The notes beneath the pieces were generated by a model. That model saw nothing but the letters and a program-made list of their open reading frames with translations. It did no database searches and had not been told where the DNA came from. From Octopus vulgaris (Eukaryota): a DNA stretch of 64,000 nucleotides. Both the position numbers and the translations under genes were made by a program. Each line of letters opens with the position of its first letter. Within the stretch, counting starts at the first letter, position 1. The stretch spans positions 92,070,001 through 92,134,000 of the forward strand of contig OX597814.1 in NCBI GenBank assembly GCA_951406725.2. The letters run 5' to 3'. This document shows, one piece after another, positions 26,591-40,500 of the stretch.

Positions 26591-27239
26591 ATATGAGTAC
26601 AGGACGTCACAAGACGTAAACAACATGAGACACGAAGGCAAACTTGGGTAGGCGAAAAACGAGAAAAAGAAAAGGAAAACAAAACAAGTAACATAAAGAA
26701 CAACCCTTCATCAGTTGTCGGCTGTTTATCTACTCCCCATTTCGAGCAATTAACGTCAATATGAGACTTCGGCAAACAGTTTCTCCAGCGAACCAAAATA
26801 GAATTTGGGCTTTGCGGAGGGTCAAAGTTGGTAACAAAAACAGCACATTGGAAACATACAACAAACCAAACGAAAAAAAAATATTGAGGGCCGTTAGGAC
26901 AGATGGGGTAAGATAGCGAACCCTAGAAGAACATTCTTTGACAAGAGAAATGATAGCAGAGGAGACATATAAGAATGCGTCTAGTCTGTACAACAGATTG
27001 AAGGAAAAGAATTATGATCACGTGCGGAAAAGAAAGATGGACGATGGCCACGTGTGAGCAACGAGAGAGAGAGTAAATGAGAAAGAGAGAGAGAGAAAGA
27101 CAGACAGACAGATAGAAAACAGTGAAGGGGAGAAAAAATATTAGAGAAACGATGAGAGAGGGATAAACGAAAGGGAGTGAATGGGAGAAAAAGAAAAAAA
27201 GAAATAGAGAAAGGAAGAGAACAGTACAGGGAAGAGTCG

Positions 27240-29320
27240 CATCACAATTATTAAGATAAACTTACTTTGTCCATAATCATAAGTGGATTTTATACATAGA
27301 AAAGGAACTCTTTCTTTAGTACTCATAACTGTTTATATATTTTTGTATTTACCTTTTGCTCTCAAAGCTCGAAGCGTTTTACTCAAATAGAGCTTTGCTG
27401 ATGAATTTTATTTTAAAGCCCTCATTATTTATGCTTCTCGAGCAATATTTGATTAACATTAAGCCTGTGTTGCATATTCGCATAAAGGTTAGTAACATCA
27501 ATTCTTTTTAGAATGCTGCATGCTGGTGCATTTAGCGGTAAGTACTTAAGGATGACAATACCTTCCCACAAGTTACGTAGGATCTCTGGGCATAGTTGTT
27601 TAAGTAGTAAATTCAAAAGCGACAGCAAAACTTAAGCATTTCTTAGAGATTGCATTCCTGACTTTTGAAATTACAAAGATAGTTTCCTTTTTGTGTGAAA
27701 AAGCCTTAGTATTAATTTGTTAATGAACTGGTTTTGTTCCCAATTGTTTCATTCGGGTTTCTTGTGTATTTGTAGTAGATAATTATTCAAGTATTTCTTC
27801 GTCGTAACAGTTTTTGTCCATAATGATAAGTGTTCTGTCCTCATCAGCATCTTTTATAATGATTAAACCATCATTTTACGGTATTTGTTGAACTCCGTTC
27901 ACTCGTTTCCGAAGATTCTGATGGCATGGGTGCGAATTGTGAATTTTTACATCACATCAATATAAGTATCCAAATGTTATGCGGGTTCAAGTTCGATGGA
28001 TTCCCAACAATGGACTCATTCTCATTTTTGTTGTTGTATGAAAAATCTCTTAGGTGGAGGCATCTGTGAATGTTTTGGAAATCCGCTTTCAATTTGACTA
28101 TTTTGGTTTAGGAGTAAAATTGAATCTCTTTTAACTTCATTCTCCTCTAAATTACTTTTTGATTAATTTATTATTTTGGGGTCAATATTTCACATGTGTT
28201 TCTTTAGTTTCTTTGATTTGCTGGATCTAGCGTCCAGTTGATTTAAGCCTTCGCTAAAAACAGAGTTCCATAGCTAGGATTTTTTTGTTGAGTATGTAGG
28301 TTTCACCTATGTTCTCTCCTTGGACTGCATTTTCTTTTATTCTCCGACTCTCTCTCGTTCTCTTCTATGCAGGTTAATCCATTCGGGATTTTCGTTATCG
28401 TTGGTTGGAGCTTTATTTTTTTGCATATTTTGCGAGTTTATTTCTTATGGCACTAAGTTTTGGATGTGTAGTGTATGCATTTGCAGTCTGAGATTGAGGT
28501 ATTCTTTTCGCATGTTTTGTAGCCTTTGATAGATTAGTTTCGTTGAATAGTTCCTACGTAATATGTTGCCATATTAGTTTTAGCTTTTATTCTGAATTTT
28601 CATATTGTCTCTATGCTTCGTTTTGTTTGGTTTTCATTAAGGAGCTTTCTGCAGAGTTTCTTTGGTAATTATCAAACCAAATTTGTTGTTTTTCCCACAA
28701 TGTTTCAGATTTACATTCGTTTTTCATGTTTTGTTCCCATGCATGTCGGAGTTTTTCCTGGATTTAATCATTATTTCTCGCCGGTGTTTTTGATTTAAAT
28801 CTTTCGTTATATTATACATTTCTGGTTGAAGAGGATACGGCATAAAGCTAGAGTTGTACGTATGTCTTTTTCTTGTTAGCTTTAATCTTCTATATATCTA
28901 ATGAGAAAATCTTCCGGTAATATCAGATTTTCTCGGCGGTTCTGATAAATGTTCACAATGCAGCTGTATCGAATGTTTTTCCAGTAGTTTTGTTTTCGTT
29001 CGTTTAGTAATCTTTTCCAACTATTTTACAGCACTTTTTCTACGTACGCTGTTCATTACTCCTAGATCTCGGGATGATTCTGGTTTCTGTTTGCATGAAA
29101 TTTTTGAAGAGTTCTCTTTGGGTTTTTATTGTGATTACAACTTTCCATAAAGTGCTGGACATCATATCAAGTTTTGCAAAAAGTTTTGTCAATTTATCAG
29201 ATATTCCTGAAAGAATTTTCTCCGATTCTGATTTGAAAGTAATTGTTCATTCTGATGTCTTGTATGCCCAAATAAGTAGGAATAAAAAGCGTTTTAGTAG
29301 TCTACGGAAAGTCTATTCGT
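27240..29320 (-). mobile_element. Penelope-like element reverse transcriptase pseudogene
   Basis: Minus strand 'IIKDADEDRTLIIMDKNCY' (PLE 'IIKPADKG..VIMDK..Y') and 'IDVTNLYANMQH' (PLE 'DV.SLYTNIPH'); heavily decayed. Confidence 0.7.
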
Positions 29321-29380
29321 AACAACAACAACAACAACAACAACAACAATAATAATAATAATAATAATAATGATAATACT

Positions 29381-29941
29381 AAATGCCCTGATGCAGTACT
29401 GGGCAGTGGCTCTCGTGGCTTCAGATCTTAACTGGTTGGAAGTGTTATCATGTACATTGTTTTGTTTTGGTATGAAAGATGGGCTACAGCAAATATTCTG
29501 CTCAATACCACAGATTTGCTTGTTAGTTGTTTGACCGTAACCACTTGAGCATGTCCCTTAGTGACAGACGATATGTGCATCTCTGATCACGAGCAGAAAT
29601 AGTGGGGGAGCATCATAGCCATGTGTTGAGAGGGATTCTTTGGGGTTTGAATAATTCACCTCTGGAAACATGGGTGTTTCGTTCACCATCCTTAAACAAA
29701 CCTTATTCAGGGACCTTTTGAGCGGGATGGGCTACTCGACCTGAAGAAAATTAAATTTTAACTGGGTCTCTTCTGCAAGGTCATGTGCTGTTTATCTTGA
29801 TATGAGATCACCATGTCGCGCACATATGGTTGTGATGCATGTACATCACAAGCATATCAGACGGGTTGTCATGATGGGTATGCTGGGCTTCGTATAATTT
29901 ACCCCAGTGTCACTTTGATGGCATGCACTGCACTCTCACTC
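29381..29941 (+). mobile_element. Non-coding microsatellite-associated element, copy 2
   Basis: Same ends as copy 1; flanked by (AAC)n(AAT)n and aat repeats. Confidence 0.9.
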
Positions 29942-29959
29942 AATAATGATAATAGTAAT

Positions 29960-30155
29960 AATATAGCAACCAATTTTGAGAAATATGTCGGAGAAATTGA
30001 AATTCACATCAGAGTAGAACATACTGAAAAACCTGGGCTATCGGGGATAGCGAGAATTTTGAGATTGGTACTTGGGTGTTAAGTATCGTAGAAAGATACA
30101 CTGTGAGACCCTTGATAACTGGTTGCTGTCCGCTCTCAGAATTAAATGAAGAAAG
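29960..30155 (+). mobile_element. R4/Dong 3' end (REL endonuclease C-terminus and UTR)
   Basis: 'FEKYVGEIEIHIRVEHTEKPGLSGIARILRLVLGC*' matches the R4/Dong terminal 'QK.ALLGTARILR.VL' motif; sits after an AAT repeat. Confidence 0.7.
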
Positions 30156-30655
30156 TAAAATCGATAGTTGTATTTATGTATGTATATACGTGTGTATGTT
30201 CCATGCTGTGAAAAATATGGATTTCATCGCATCCGCTAGGTTGTGTAGTTCGTCTGCACTTCTTTGAAGGATTCTATATTAGAAGAGGTTTGTAGCCTTG
30301 GGTATATCCCCTCCCACGTTATCGTAGAGGAGGAAATGAGAATGGTCCTCCGAACTATCTTCACATCGTAAAGACGTCGATTCTGTGAAAAAGAAAAACA
30401 GAGAAAGAGAGAGAAAAAAAGAGAAATGTTGAGGGAATCTAAGACAAATTAGATTGTTTTTACTATATTGTAGATCAAGTATGGGTGAAAGGATAAATTG
30501 ACCCTGACAGATTTTCATTTCAAGCTGAAGTGAGCCAGAAGTATTATGGAAATGTGTTTTTCCAACCTGCTAATGATCTTGTTAAGCGGATCGACCATAC
30601 ATGCTCTTTCTCTCTCTCTTACACACTCATATAGATAGATATCCTTGTGCATATG

Positions 30656-30722
<67 letters not shown>

Positions 30723-30744
30723 CTGTGTGATTGTGTAGTTTTAT

Positions 30745-31122
30745 CTTTTATTTGTTTCAGGCATTAAACTGCACGCATGCTTGGGCATCACATTGATGAA
30801 TCTTTAGATGAACAAATCCACCCCAGTACTTTATTGTAAAAGTCTGGTCCTTTTTCTGTCGGTCTCTTTCGTTATCCGGACGTCAACAAACCAACACCGG
30901 TTGTCAAACAATGGTGAGGTACCAACACACTGACAAAGACACGCACACACACACACACACACATATTCTTTCACTTTCCGTGTACCAGATCCACTTACAT
31001 GGCTTGGTCAGCATTAGAGAATAGTAGAAGAAACTTGCCCAAGGTGCCATGCAGTGAGATTGGACACTGAATTATATGGTTGGTAAGCGGGCTTATTAAC
31101 ACACCGGCACGCCTGCGCCTAT
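30745..31122 (-). mobile_element. SINE family B copy
   Basis: Reverse complement of family B ('agtagaagaaacttgcccaaggtgccatgcagtg', 'ccaacaccggttgtcaa'). Confidence 0.8.
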
Positions 31123-32360
31123 GTTTAACATAAGAAAATGAGACGAAGGTGGGCGTGAGAGAAAGAAAGACGAACATGTGAATTATTTGTGGTCGCGACA
31201 CGACAAGAAATTGATTGAAAAGAAATCGAATCCATATATTTCTTTGTCGTTTTGAAAGTATTAAATATTATAAGTTCGGCTGACATGTGAGAAATACAAC
31301 GGTTGATTATATCGTTATCCGTTTTTTTTTTATGTTAATCTAGCACTTTTTGGTTTATAAACCAGCACATAGACATGGATAAACTTATATGCATGCTTAC
31401 ATATATATGGGCATGTGTGTGCAAGTGTCTGTGCGTATGTACGAGTGCCTGTATGTGCGCGTGTGTGTGTGTGTACGATTTATATGCTGCAGCATATATT
31501 TATCATTTGAAGAGATATTCATATCTAGATCAAATTACTTCTTTATAAACATAACAAGTATGAAAATGCTAAAACATATTCTATTTCTAAACATTTTTTT
31601 AATTTTCGAGATCTACTCGCATTTTAACGAATATTTATTTCCATCTCCATAATCACCATCGTTGCGAAGCATTTATCATTCACGTTAATTGAAAACACTG
31701 CAAAAATATGTAAAAAAAACTTTTATAAACATTCAAATTTATCAGTGATTTCAATTTTCTTGTTTCATTTTCTGGAGCTTTATTTTCCCATTTTTTATCA
31801 TCATCCTGTATTTTGCATGATTTTCAGTCTCATACGAAAGTCTTGTGTTCCTCTCTTCTTGAAATATTTAACAAAACTATATTTCAAACAAAACCGGTCT
31901 ATCATTTAAAATTTTTTTTCTTTTGTATTTAGTCAAAAACTTAATATTATACGCTGAAAATCTGCATGCCATAAAATAACCATGAATTGATAATCTGTAT
32001 ACGATATAAATAAGTTATATAAATTATAAGCTATAAAACTATCAACTAGTTTCGTTATATGTATTAGTTTTACTGCAGTTTAGCTTCAAATGATGCCACT
32101 TTATTAAACTAGAAGCTATAAATGGTGAGTTATAAAATCTATAAACTATAACGTATAAAAGCTATAGACTGCAGTAAACGCAAACTGCAATCTCTAAACT
32201 AAAAAGTACATATATGCACAAATATATCTTTCCAAGGTAGCAACACTATGGTTTTATTACTATTAATTTTTGATCAGATGAATAAGTCTAGACTACGAAT
32301 ATTATACAAGATCGTGCATTTTAGAGGAAGGAACGTCCGATTAAAATGTCCTCGTTATTT

Positions 32361-32505
32361 GCCGAGGTCGACTTTGCCTTTTATCCTTTCGGGGTCAGTA
32401 AATTAAGTACCAGTTCCGCACTGGGCTCGATGTAATTGACTTAATCCGTTTGTCTGTCCTTGTTTGTCCCCTCTATGTTTAGCCCCTTGTGGGCAACAAA
32501 GAAAT
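32361..32505 (+). mobile_element. SINE family A 3' half
   Basis: Matches 1786-1932. Confidence 0.85.
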
Positions 32506-32569
32506 ATATTTGCCTGGTATAAACTTTTTCGACCTAGAAAGACGAAAGATAAAACTAAGCACACCAGTG

Positions 32570-33165
32570 TATTTCCAATCAACCGTCCTCGTTCAGAGTC
32601 CCAGAAAGGAGATACGTGACACCGCTGGCCAGCCATAAGTGGCAATTGCGAGACGAGGGGATTCCATACACGATCGCATGGAAGATACTCGAGAACCCAG
32701 GTCCCTACATAGACGGGACGAAACGGTACAAGTTGTGAATTGCCGAGCGCACGAGATTCCTTAAAATCTCGCTCGCGCCAATGGGTATCCTGAACTCCAG
32801 GACAAAGATTTTCGAACCATGCCTGCATTTTAGAAAATTCCTGCTCGTCTTTTGGAATCGGCATGGCGATTCCACAGTCGGAAACCAATAGGTATAGCCG
32901 AATGGAGGCAATCGTTTACTTTCGTGGTGCTTTGGTGACCGCAAGATGGCAGCGCGGCCGAATATCAATGGACAACGGCAAAGGGAGATAATCACCTAGG
33001 ATTTTACCCTTAAAAACGAGGCTTTTCCTCCTCCATATCTTAAAGAGGTGTCAGGCCAACAGTGCTTGAGGGGTGAAGATACGCCGTAAGGCTAAATACT
33101 TTATGAGCGAGAAAACCAGGGAAACCCCATAAACTAGCCTACCCTACTATAATATTTACTGCTCT
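32570..33165 (+). mobile_element. Penelope-like element 3' end (GIY-YIG C-terminal part and UTR)
   Basis: + frame 'SSFRVPERRYVTPLASHKWQLRDEGIPYTIAWKILENPGPYIDGTKRYKL*IAERTRF...ILNSRTKIFEPCLHFRKFLL' is the typical PLE endonuclease tail; not present in the ORF track. Confidence 0.8.
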
Positions 33166-33455
33166 ACATCTTAGAGTGTGATTGTCCTCCGGAATTAGGT
33201 ATTTCCACAAACGATCCTATATATGTATTATTTATATATGTGCGTGTGTGTGTGTTTGTGTGTGTGTGTGTGTTTGTGTGTGTGTTTGTGTGTGTGTTTG
33301 TGTGTATGTGTGTGTGTGTGTGTGTGTGTGCGTGTGTGTGCTTGTGTGTATGTATACGGCATGAATAATTTCGACCAACAAAAATATACAAAGACATCAC
33401 ACATGATCGAACAAATAAATGAAAGATACCAAGAACACCAGTTATTCAAAACTAG

Positions 33456-33457
<2 letters not shown>

Positions 33458-33493
<36 letters not shown>

Positions 33494-33512
33494 TATAATA
33501 TATAAATATATA

Positions 33513-33589
<77 letters not shown>

Positions 33590-33605
33590 ATATATAATAT
33601 AAATA

Positions 33606-33698
<93 letters not shown>
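33458..33698. repeat. Long (TA)n microsatellite
   Basis: Directly visible. Confidence 0.97.
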
Positions 33699-33703
<5 letters not shown>

Positions 33704-34219
33704 ACTCCAGCGTTTTATTAACATTACTATTCACGATATGTAAATATCTAGAAGAGAGAGATATATTTAATGAAACAAAAGTCAACCTAAAAAATAATAG
33801 TGTTATTTAATCAAAAATTTAAAAGTTAATAACTACAAGCCGATATATTATCCATTAAAAAGTAATAAATGTCCTGATCTAAAGCAAATCTTTTGTTTAC
33901 AAAATATCATTCTACAACAGTAGAAGTAAAAAAGTAGAATGTCTAAAGAGAAAGAGTAGTATCAGTGAAGGGAGAGGAGAGAAAATAGTAATAGAGTGAA
34001 GGATAGGTAGAGACTGTAATATCCATGAGTGAAGAGTGAGAGAAAGTAATGGCCGTTTGAGAAAGAAGAACGCGGTGTGTATCTTCTGTTCTCAACATAT
34101 GAATGAGAAACGAAGGGGCGAATAAAGTAAAAAAACAGGCATTAAACTGTGTCAATATATGTGTATACGTATTTGTATGAAAAAGGGAGGTATGTGAGCG
34201 TTTGTGTGTGTTTGTGTAT

Positions 34220-34267
<48 letters not shown>

Positions 34268-34289
34268 TGTCAGTGTGTGCTTGTGTAAT

Positions 34290-35892
34290 GGAACCGTTTC
34301 CCAGCGTGCGTAGTGGGAACGTACAACTCTGAAGATAAAAACCATACAGGTGGGTAGAGGATAAGAGGGAAACCCATGCTTCAAAAATCTTCTCAGTCGG
34401 TTTCAGTTGGCAGATAGGTACAGACTAGATGTTCGAGACGCTCCATTGTGGACATGGATTAATAGCGATGAGTAACTACATCTTATTTAGACAGGATTCC
34501 AATTCGAGAAATAGACAAAAAACTAGTTAGTCGTCCACAATTTCACTATGTCAGCTACAGTGATCACAAAGTTGTGACCTGTAGGCTGGATTTAGATAAG
34601 CTACGTGGACAAAGATCTGGTTACTGGAAACTCAATATATTTTTTTGCTCATAAGGAGTACGGGAGTCGGATTAGGCAGTTAGTGTTGGGGGCATTGTGT
34701 GGAGCAATTATTAACAACACATGATGTTATGCCCTCGAAAGAGCCATAAAATTTCAGTCTATATAGCAAAGTGTTAGTGACTAAGAAAAATAGAGTAGAA
34801 AGGGCTTTAGTTAGGACCCCAGATGAAGCACTTGAATCTGGCTAGGTACCACTAGTTTAGCTGCGAGATTGGCTCTTAAACATCACCGCGAGGCTAAAAA
34901 TGTATAGTCAGGGCTAAGCAATGTACAATGGAATCAAAGGTGCTGGATGGGCCCGTATGATAAAGACCCTACGTGGCAATAATGGCACAATAAGGTATAT
35001 GACTAATCATCAAGGGAACCCAACGAACCCAAGGAAATATGTAAGGTCTTTCAGGAGCACTTGGCCTTGTTTTTCGGAAGGGCAGCGAGCCGGAGTAATA
35101 GGGGGAATTCGCGGGCTTCCTCACCGGTGTACCGCGTCTCTCGTGGTGACAAGCCAAGCGGAGTGCTGAGACGGGCTGATCATAGCTGCGGAGGTGGAGG
35201 ATGATTTGTCGAACTGCAGCGAAGACAAGTCGCCGGGGCTAGATGGTCTCCTCTACGAGCTTTATTACAGTATGCCAGACTTGTTTGGGCACCTACTGGC
35301 ATGCGTCTTCACAAACTGGCAGCAGAATTGGTGTGTGAACCGGGGAGTTGTGACACTGCTTAGAAAGGATCCAAACAAGGAGGATATTATAGATGATTTC
35401 CGGTCCATCACTCTACTTAATGCAGAGTTGAATATTTTAGCCAAGGTGGTAGCAAAATGTTGGCGCGTGTCGTGGGTGGACTCGTTGGGAAGGCACAAAC
35501 TTGTGCCGTTCCTAGCAGATCCATACACGACAATCTCCACCTTTTACGCTGCATCTTACAGAAGGTTAACGGGTTCTCCTAGCAAGGATGGGGATCTTGC
35601 CCATTTAGACTAGTCTAAAGCTTTTGACTGGGTTCATCATTGGTATCTCGTGTCAGTCCTCGCGGAGTTCGAAAAAAATTGATCTCAATAATTATGCAGA
35701 GTTAGGTGAATGATCCTGCGCGTCAGGGTCACTCACCTACCTCAGAACTGGTCTGAGCAGTGGTTATCTCTGAAAGGAAGAGTGGAGGTCGCAGAGGTGT
35801 TTATCGCTTCTTTGTTTACCTACCGCCTAATCGTCGTGCCTTGCTCCCATTCGTGGTGGATGAAGTTGGAGCGTCTGCTCTTTCGCTTCTTT
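34290..35892 (+). mobile_element. Tx1/L1-like LINE ORF2 fragment (APE end + RT), internally deleted
   Basis: 'SYLDRI', 'YSDHKVV', 'GYWKLN', 'KSPGLDGL.YELY', 'FRSITLLNAELNILAKV', 'LD*SKAFD' and 'WLSLKGRVEV'. Confidence 0.85.
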
Positions 35893-36232
35893 TTGTTAAT
35901 AAATATAATCTGTACACCACTTCAAACAATCTACACACACACGTACGCACACACAAGTATACATACTCATACACATACATATATATATATTGGATCGTAC
36001 GTTATAGGTAGTTTCTGCAAATCTTATCCTCACTAACGAATTAGTAGTACATCAAGAGAAAACTACATTACATTCATTGTAATGTATGCATTCAATATTT
36101 ACCAATACAATATTTACCAATACAAAATGATTATATTAAGTTCGGAAAATGCCAAGAGGAATCTGAACAAAGAATACTACATTAGAAGCACTGTCTATAG
36201 TCGATTCTAAATTCCACATTTGCCAAATATTT

Positions 36233-36340
36233 TAGACTTGCCCGGGATTAAGTTACGATTATTAAGCTAATCAAGTTCTTTATTTCAAACCAAACTAAGT
36301 AATACAGACGTCAAATTTGGGCAAAATCAGTTGAAATTAG

Positions 36341-36345
<5 letters not shown>
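36233..36345 (-). mobile_element. 3' end of a second, inverted copy of the same Helitron
   Basis: Reverse complement of ~37527-37628. Confidence 0.8.
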
Positions 36346-36396
<51 letters not shown>

Positions 36397-36472
36397 ATAT
36401 ATATTATATATATTATATATATTACATATATTATATATATATATATAATATAATATAAATATATATGGGCAA

Positions 36473-37646
36473 TCATATCTATAAAAGGGAGGATGTGTAT
36501 GCGTGTGTGTGTGTGTGTGCACTTCATTGTAATTTATGCACGTCAACAAATTAGCACGCATGTCGCGCAAATTTTAGGAGGACATTTGTTAACACCCTAT
36601 CTGGGTTTTGTCAACTTATTCTTTCCCGAGGCACCCACGGATAGGGTAAAAATCTATTTTCAACCATAGATTTTAACCATAGCAAATATCACCCATTGCT
36701 TTTTGATGGCTTCTAACAAAAAAATATACGATAAAGAAAAGTGGAAGAAGGAGGCAGAGAGTTTCACGGGAAAGACAAATTGAGAGAGGTAAAGAGAGAG
36801 CCATTGCTTTTTTGATGGCGTCCAACAACAAAAAAATACGATAAAGAAAAGTGGAAGAAAGAGGTAGAGAGTTTCAAGGGGAAAGACAAAGTGAGAGAGG
36901 GAGAGAGAAAGAGAGTAACTGACTACTTTCATAAAAAATAAAATGTAAAATGTTTTGTTTTTTGTTTTTGAAAGGCACACTATATTTTATAATCATAGTA
37001 TATATACTTTCTCAAACAACAATTACAATATATCTATTTTAAATAATTTATTTATTTTAAATGGTTCATCTTTCTCTCCCTCTCACTCACACACATTACT
37101 TTGGGTGCGAAAGAGTTTTGTTTTTATTTTAGGCCGAGCAAAAAAGTGTTTTGTTGACAATCCATTTATTTAACAACAAAGGAACAAAGAGGTGAGTAAC
37201 AATTTGTCAATGAATTACACAATATAAATGGGTACAATTTGCGTGGCTTCCCCCACACCCCACTCCGTGTCACGGATCACAAAAAAGGGATTTGAGGCCA
37301 GAGTAGTTGATTACATGCAAAAAAAACGATTTTTTTCTTAGTGAAAATTGTGCGAGTGTTAATCTACAAATTTAACAACATTTTTTCCATTCATTTCTGT
37401 TTATGAACATGTATGTGTGCACAAAACATGCAATAGGTGTACGTACGTACGTGTGTGCATGTGTGTTCGTGTCTGTTGCCCATATATATTAATATTATAT
37501 TATATATATAATATATATATATATATAACTAATTTCAACGGATTTCGCCCAAATTTGAATATTACTTAGTTTGGTTTGAAATAAAGAACTTGATTAGCTT
37601 AATAATCGTAACTTAATCCCGAGCAAGGCCGGGTTATACTGTTAGT
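36473..37646 (+). mobile_element. Non-autonomous Helitron, apparently full length
   Basis: 5' 'tcatatctataaaagg'; 3' hairpin cccgagcaaggccggg (37618-37633) followed by 'ctgttag|t' (CTAG variant); internal ~110-bp tandem duplication at 36690-36900. Confidence 0.7.
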
Positions 37647-37872
37647 GGCTGATATTTGTTATGGTTAAAAGCTATGGCTGAAAATGTTTGAAAATAGATT
37701 TTTACACTATCCACTGGTGCCCCAGGAAAAATATAAATTGACAAAACCCAGATAGCGTGTTGACAAATGTCCTCCTAAAATTTGAGCGACATGCGTGCTA
37801 ATTTGTGGATGTGCATAACTTACAAACACGTACACACACACGCACACACATCCTGCCTTTTATAGATATGAT
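37647..37872 (-). mobile_element. 5' end of the inverted copy of the same Helitron
   Basis: Reverse complement of ~36473-36692. Confidence 0.8.
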
Positions 37873-39397
37873 ATTTTCTAAATTAAATGCATCTAATTAA
37901 TGCAAGACTATCTAGCCTTATTGCTGGCATCGGTGTCCTTTATATATTGATATATGATGCTATATCTTTCTATTTCTGTTACTAAATGGCATAGCTATCT
38001 ACTAGAAAAGACAAACTTTTTTAAAATAGCGATTCCATTTAATCAATTATTATTTTACAAGCAATTTATATTTTTAAAATATTATTAATGTCATCCTAGT
38101 TGAGATATAAATAGCATACGAAAAATAGATTTATTCTCAATCAGAAATTATATGGATTAATATAAATATATCATTCATTTACTTGCTGGTGCATTGGGCT
38201 TCAAGTGTATATTTATATAATGTATTTTGTACAGTGTATCAAATATACATTTCCAGGATTAGAAATGTTGAAAAAGCGCCAGAAAATTTGAGGTTTTTAC
38301 ATATGAAAGAGCGCAGTCTTATTTCACACCAGTATTATCACTTGCAATGATCTAGGTTAATGCCTAACTGCAAGCAGAAGGAATGTCGGAGTGCTATTTG
38401 AAAACACTATCATCCATCCTACATTTATAACCTCTGAATAGCAGTGACATCATAAACAAGGTGCTCGGGCTGCCGCAGTAAATAATTTCGCAACAACTGG
38501 AGGACAGATACTTCACTACTGTACAGTTACACCATTGCCAAGGATTAGCATAACTTTCAGGTTAATCTGTTTCCAGTATATCCATAATATTCCTTATGTA
38601 GACCACTATATAGTGTATCGCTCTTTCCAAGGATCATCGTCTCACTCCTGTTAACCTCCTTTAGAGGAGTTCACCTGATTCATAAACGCAATCATTTTCT
38701 GTTGTAAAAGTGCCGTGCCAAGAGTTTTAGCAAAATGGCGTAAAATATAAGGGGAAATAAAATTATAAAATAACAAACATCATTATATCAATCTGTATTC
38801 TTTAAACATTGCAATTTTCATCATAGTACTCTTTACACATCACTTCAAATGTATATCTTACATTCTCTTGCTTTTTCTCTCATTTGGTAAAATTTGCGTT
38901 TTAAAGAAATCATTTTGTCTATAAAAGTATATTCACGGTAGAGATTTTGAACAAAGAATGATATAATTTTATATTGATATTAATATAGAAAGATATCTTT
39001 CACCATTTGTTGAACGCTGGGAAGTAGAAAGATATGTATTAATAATTGGAAATGGTATTCCTCCTTATATTTTTCTATTGAATTATTGCACCAAAATCTT
39101 TCTAGTGCCGCTATTGAACGCATTGTTTTGTCAACATCTAATGGTGGTTTTCCAATTTATTTAATTCTTCGTAATAATGGTTTAAAATTATCTTAAAGAA
39201 CATTACACAAACTTGTATAATTGTTTGTGGTTTTCCTAAAGCAATCTTTGATTAGCTCCAAATTTGTTAATATATTATGACGCAGACATTGCTGACTTAT
39301 TTGCTTTTCAAGACATGCAATTATTTGAAACTTTAATTTAAAGTTCTTAAAAATCATTCAAATTTTATTTTCTTACTTTCCAAAATAAATGCTTAAA

Positions 39398-39679
<282 letters not shown>

Positions 39680-40232
39680 GAGTGAGAGAGCAGTTCATGC
39701 CATCAAAGTGACACTGGGGTAAATTATACGAAGCCCAATATACCCATCATGACTACCCGTCTGATAAGGGTACACCAGGCACATGCTTCACAACCATATG
39801 TGCGCGACATGGTGATCTCATATCAAGATAAACAGCACATGACCTTGCAGGTGGGGCCCAGTTAGAATTTTCTTCAGGTTGAGTAGCCCATCCCGCTCAA
39901 ACGGTCCCTGAATAAGGGTTGTTTAAGGATGTTGAAAGAACCACCCATGTTTCCAGAGGTGAACTATTCAAACCCCAAAGAATCCCTCTCAACACATGGC
40001 TATGATGCTCCACCACTACTTCTGCTCGTGATCAGAGATGCACATATCGTCAGCCACTAAGAGACATGCTCAACTGGTTACGGTCAAACAACTGACAAGC
40101 AAATCTGTGGTATTGAGCAGAATATTTGCTGTAGCCCATCTTTTATACCAAGACAAAACAATGTACATGATAACACTTCCAATCAGTTAAGATCAGAAGC
40201 CATGAGAGCCACTGCCTGGTACTGCATCAGGG

Positions 40233-40236
<4 letters not shown>
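39680..40236 (-). mobile_element. Non-coding microsatellite-associated element, copy 3
   Basis: Reverse complement of copy 2; (ATT)n on both sides. Confidence 0.9.
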
Positions 40237-40272
<36 letters not shown>

Positions 40273-40277
40273 GCCAT

Positions 40278-40348
40278 GGGCATATGGCGTAGTGGTTAAG
40301 AGCGCGGGCTTCTAATCCCAAGATTCCGAGTTCGATTCCAGGCAGTGT

Positions 40349-40350
<2 letters not shown>
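40278..40350 (+). pseudogene. tRNA-Arg(TCT)-derived Pol III head (not a functional tRNA)
   Basis: A box TGGCGTAGTGG (40285-40295), loop CT-TCT-AA (40309-40315), B box GTTCGATTCC (40330-40339). The anticodon and T stems each carry 2 mismatches. Confidence 0.75.
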
Positions 40351-40407
<57 letters not shown>

Positions 40408-40455
40408 TCGAAAAATTTCTTAGGGATGATAAACCAGGTTCTAAATTTCCCCGAT

Positions 40456-40500
40456 ACACCTGATGAAGGCTGGAGGGTATATCAGCTGAAACGTTGTGTT
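40456..40500 (+). ncRNA. Minimal type I hammerhead ribozyme with intact core
   Basis: acac-CTGATGA-a-ggctg-gagggtatat-cagct-GAAA-cgtt/gtgt: stem I acac:gtgt, 5-bp stem II, palindromic stem III aacgtt, GUU cleavage triplet. Confidence 0.75.

Noticed and set aside
26700-26790. Minus-strand CTGATGA and GCTCGAAA as another hammerhead
   Set aside because: The motifs are in the wrong order or too degenerate to build consistent stems by eye.
32403-32995. 161-aa and 96-aa minus-strand ORFs
   Set aside because: Antisense shadows of the + strand Penelope endonuclease tail and a SINE.
33068-33130. gtgaaga...gccgtaaggc-taaa as a hammerhead in the PLE UTR
   Set aside because: Both core segments deviate and no stem III or NUH site is evident; it needs a family consensus.
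40278-40350. Functional tRNA-Arg gene
   Set aside because: Mismatched anticodon and T stems, no downstream T-run terminator, and it is attached to a repeat unit.
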